DNA of 64,000 bases. Origin: Phoronis australis. Taxonomy: Eukaryota > Animalia > Phoronida. Made by a program: the position numbers and the translations under genes. Every line of letters starts with the position of its first letter. The stretch's first letter is position 1. Positions 60,201 to 64,000 of the stretch are shown here, in pieces. Below the pieces are notes generated by a model, which saw nothing but the letters and a program-made list of their open reading frames with translations, had not been told where the DNA came from and did not search any database. The stretch lies in contig NMRA01000107.1 in NCBI GenBank assembly GCA_002633005.1, forward strand, positions 1 to 64,000. The letters run 5' to 3'.

Positions 60201-61722
60201 CCATTCACGAGTGGCACTTTTACTACTAGCAAAAGTTTTGGCAGAAATGCTAGAGGTATTCTGAGATGATTAAAAGTGGCATTAAAGCCATGTTTTCTAT
60301 GAAAAAAACAAGTTTTTAAAATTATTTAAGCCACTTAATGTCATATAATTAGTCTTCTCTTGTTAATTAGAAGTCATCTTTGTACTCATGAGCAACTAAA
60401 AGTTTGCGACATCTTCAGAAAGGCTCATAAAATTTCAGGTCACGCCATGAAGAAGTAACAAACTGTCAGCTGTTTTGAAGTCGTGACATCACCTCCAATT
60501 TGTCTTTTAAAAAGAACTACTTGAGACCAATTTCATAATGACATGTGGTCTAAATTACTATATAAGTTGTTTTTTGTGATGGAAGGGAGGCATCAGCTGC
60601 TTTGATTAAATAAGAAATATAATATAATTGTGTTGTTATAAATCAGTGTTTTGTTATGGTATAAATAAGAAATATTAGTTTTACACACGTCTCAGCACTA
60701 ATAATTCTTAATTAAATGGTATCTACTCTGATTTATAACAACGCATATAATTATGTACATGTACGTGCACTCCTAAGTTTGCGTGAGCAAAATCTGACAA
60801 GGAGGGTGTACCGGCAGTATGTTGATAAATATCACAGAATCCGACAAAGAAGTATAGTGACAGTATAGGTAAATATCACAGAATCTGACAAAAAGGGTCT
60901 GAGAAGTGACTGTAGTCTCATGCCAGTTCTTGACCACTATGACCAATGACTGATTATGATTACAGATTGAGAAATGAAGAGTTGAACATTCTGGGAATGA
61001 AGAGTTTAATAATTGAACATTCTGGGAAGGCATTTAGAGAAATGTAGGCTTTATCAGAATGAAAACCAGTTAATTATTTTTCAGTAAGACAACAAGTTCA
61101 ACCTCGTCAAATCATCATAAGTTCAAAGCAGGATGACCGCCTTTTGTCAGTGTTCAAGGACATCCACAATCAAGGTAATAATCTAATCCTACCCATGGCT
61201 TGAATTGACAATATTTGATGAGCTTTTCTTTTGTTTTGAGCCGGTTTCAAAAACACGACCCAATTTAATCATTTTTCACCAAACATGTGTTGTAACAATC
61301 ATTCCATCACTTTGTAAAGGAGCTGTATCTTGGGACAATCACAAGTCACGCTTCTATAGTGGCCAGCTTTAGATTGGGGAAATGTGACTGCCGGTGATAT
61401 AGTTCTGCCTACACTTTTTACTGTGTTGACATAATGGGTTGACTTTGTTTGTGCACTGACCCAATTGGAGTTTTTATCTTAATTATGGAAACATGCAAGC
61501 CCCGTTTGATGAATTAGGGAAGGCTTGTCAAGACAAAACGATATTTTCAGTTTCACATTTTCAAATTGGGCAATTTGTATGGTTGTCATGGTGGATTCAC
61601 TGGTTACATTTTTGGTTGATAATAGTATCAATTTCTGTTTCTCATTTTTGCTTTTCTTTCAGAAAAAATAACTGATGTTTTGAAAAATGACTTCATTCAA
61701 GTTCTTCCAAGTATTGACTTCT
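57073..61722 (+). CDS. MSH5: MutS homolog 5 (meiotic MutS-gamma subunit), 5' part, continuing beyond the window
   Basis: join(57073-57201,58363-58486,61085-61174,61663-61722), phases 0/1/1/1 consistent. IYLSVVWQQGKLGLAYYDVDSCQMFIMPDVVDTESFDLLKTVRQQVQPRQIIISSKQDDRL...IQVLPSIDF parallels the human MSH5 N-term (IHLCVLWNSGYLGIAYYD..FMPDAPDHES..INPQSVVTSAKQDE..FLPSVDF, from memory). Confidence 0.9.
58363..58486 (+). CDS. MSH5: MSH5 coding exon 2
   Basis: ttacag| acceptor, CAG|gtaaag donor, GKLGLAYYD motif. Confidence 0.92.
59775..60895. repeat. Inverted pair of degenerate ~45-bp repeat clusters in an MSH5 intron
   Basis: gattc(t/g)gtgatattta(t/c)c..atactg units at 59780-59990 reappear as the reverse complement (taaatatcacagaatc(c/t)gacaaa) at 60790-60895. 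Confidence 0.6.
61085..61174 (+). CDS. MSH5: MSH5 coding exon 3
   Basis: ttttttcag| acceptor, AAG|gtaata donor, QVQPRQIIISSKQD motif. Confidence 0.9.
61663..61722 (+). CDS. MSH5: MSH5 coding exon 4
   Basis: Long polypyrimidine tract plus cag|, |gtaagt donor, IQVLPSIDF motif. Confidence 0.88.
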
Positions 61723-64000
61723 GTAAGTAACAATTCCTTATCTGCATTTACTACAAATGTTTTATTTTATAATATGGGAAATGTATGCCTGTGTTGTATT
61801 TTATGCTGTTGGAAATGTGTGTGTCCATGTTGTGTTTTATGTCACTGGAATGTCTCCACGTTGTATTTTATATGAGAAATGTGTGTCTATGTTGTATTTC
61901 ATACAATGGGAAATGTGGGATGCTGCTCCTTTTGTCAAATACAACTTGTGTCCATTTGTTGCAATCTGTGGCTATATCCATGTATAATGTAACATGTGTA
62001 AGGGCTAGAGAAGGGCTTACTCAATGTTATCTGTGTTGGGCCGAAAAAAGCATTACACATTCTGGTCTCCACCCGAACTCATTGTGAGATCTGCTAAAAA
62101 CAAAATGCCCACCCACATCCGTTTTTTTTTGCTGAATAGCTACACAAAGGGGAGTAAGGGAGTTTGAGTAAGGTTTGAAGCGCCATCTGTTGTTAAGTGA
62201 TGAGCAATAATCGAATCCCGTGTCATTTTTTGCGTATCTTAGCAGTTGGATCTTCTTATTTCAAAAAGTAAGCCACAAACAAGCATTGCACCATTGACTC
62301 ATTTAAAAAAAACGAACCAGAACCAATTATGGTTTTTTCATCCTTATCTACATGTTTTCTGTGTAGGATTAATGAAAGAGGACACCCCTGCTGATTGAGA
62401 ATACAAGTATGTATTACTGGTGACAGTCACTTACCATAAGGGCTCATTTTCGGCACCGTAACATGAGTATACATGGATACATTTGGCTAAATATCACAAC
62501 AAAAAGGAATTTTATACGTTAAAAATTGATAATTATTTCATAACCATGAAGTACACATTCCCACTGGGCCTTGTAACCACCCATATCACTCCTGCATTTC
62601 TAGCAATCAACCACATTTGTTGTGTCTGATTGGAACAGAATGAAGTGTCAGAAGTGACATTGGTGTGTCTACCTCTCCCTGATGTCATTGGCTGCAGCAC
62701 ATTCTAGCTACACCTGTGTCATGAACCCCCGCCCTCCCCTTCTTGTTGTTGACATCACTATCTCCTACGTATGAATAAATATTGACTCTTGATAAAGCTT
62801 CAGTAGTACATGCTATCAAGTCAAACACTTGACTTGTGGTATCGTGTTATTTGATCGGATATAATTTTGTGTACAGAGGGAGACACTGTCACATGCCAGT
62901 GCTGATTTCCAACTAATTTCCTGTTGACCTATTGCCAACTGTCAATCAAACTGATTACCTGATCAAACCATGGTTACTAAATGTAGAAGTCATAACATTC
63001 AAATGTGCAGTTATTTTTGTGTACATTTCTCAAACTTGTTTGGAGATTTCAACTAAAATACCAGAAGTGTTATTTGGCCAAATGGTCACGACATCAGTTG
63101 ACACGCTTATTCCAAACACAAAAGTTTGTGAGAAGTCAAATAAAGGCTAACGTCTTGCCTGTAATACAGCGAGGAGATATGGCAGTCTTCTGGTAAAAAT
63201 TTACTTTAACAAAACTAATCTTTAGATAATAGAAATACAGAAATGGAACATTTAAAAAAAAATTCTTTATACAGTTTAGGAGAACAATGCCTAAATTGTG
63301 ATATCTGAAAGTTTCATTTGAATTTCATTAAACAGTCATTTTTGAGACAGATGTTCCAAAATTCATACTTTCCCTTCGTTACAAATATCATGTATTCATT
63401 TGTTTACATGTGTTTGGACTTGCTGAATTATTTCCTTATACTAAACTAGAGCCCTTTGGCTATTTCAAGTCTCACAAGATGGGGGAATTCAGTGGCTTTG
63501 GTCTGGGTAATTTCATGGAATTTCCCTTTTGAGGTTATGTAAGATCTTGTTGACATATTAGTGTAATACTTAGCCAAATATCAGATTTTAATTCATTGAA
63601 AGTATAGTTATATTTTCTGAAAGTGGAATGCTTTTAGAACTTACTTTTTAACTTTTTAAAATCCTGTCATTAATTGGGTCTCGTTACCGTGTCCTTGGTA
63701 AAATTTACCAAAAAGTAAAGGTACATTTAGATACCAAAACAGCAGTTTCGATAACATTTTGACAAAATTTCATTTGATGTAATTTACTCTTCAAGCTGAA
63801 ATCTCAAAACGCTCTTACACTTTCCTAAATCATCTTTTTTGTAATTTTGGATATATTGCATGAAAATTGTAAAATTCCTGTTTTTGACAGCCCTTTATGC
63901 AAAATTGGAGCATTAAAAAATTCTAACAGGGTTTTGAAGAACAGTGCATAAAGTATTTATGGTGTCTGAAAGTTTCTTGTGAATCTGATCGGCCATTTTT

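Noticed and set aside
63891-63920. Candidate next MSH5 exon after ttttgacag|
   Set aside because: The required phase hits TAA after 7 codons and has no MSH5 similarity; the next exon is probably beyond the window

Overview
Eukaryotic (animal, AT-rich, intron-containing) genomic DNA with one N-gap (19807-20605). The Jun basic region [13 protein letters not shown] suggests a lophotrochozoan such as a mollusc; this is an inference. Three genes were reconstructed by hand. (1) An LRRC41/MUF1-like BC-box + LRR gene on +, 23117-49124, with 11 phase-consistent coding exons and one doubtful exon. (2) An intronless c-Jun/AP-1 gene on -, 53294-54175. (3) The first four coding exons of MSH5 on +, from 57073, head-to-head with Jun and running off the window. 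The first ~23 kb is almost all repeats: a degenerate multi-kb tandem macro-repeat with nested insertions, Helentron-type (HINE) non-autonomous elements, a LINE RT relic, a HERO-like 3' fragment, a hAT-like element with a 5-bp TSD, and a 174-bp palindromic satellite. Best findings: a Jun core promoter with the same CCAAT-TGACATCA-MEF2-TATA order as mammalian c-jun; LRRC41-JUN-MSH5 linkage as a possible proto-MHC relic; a satellite whose 17-bp inverted arms enclose spacers of alternating orientation; and in-window empty-site evidence for a TSD-less Helentron-type insertion. I found no prokaryotic-type system and nothing I can confidently call a new biological system. No database searches were run, so all family calls come from recognised motifs.
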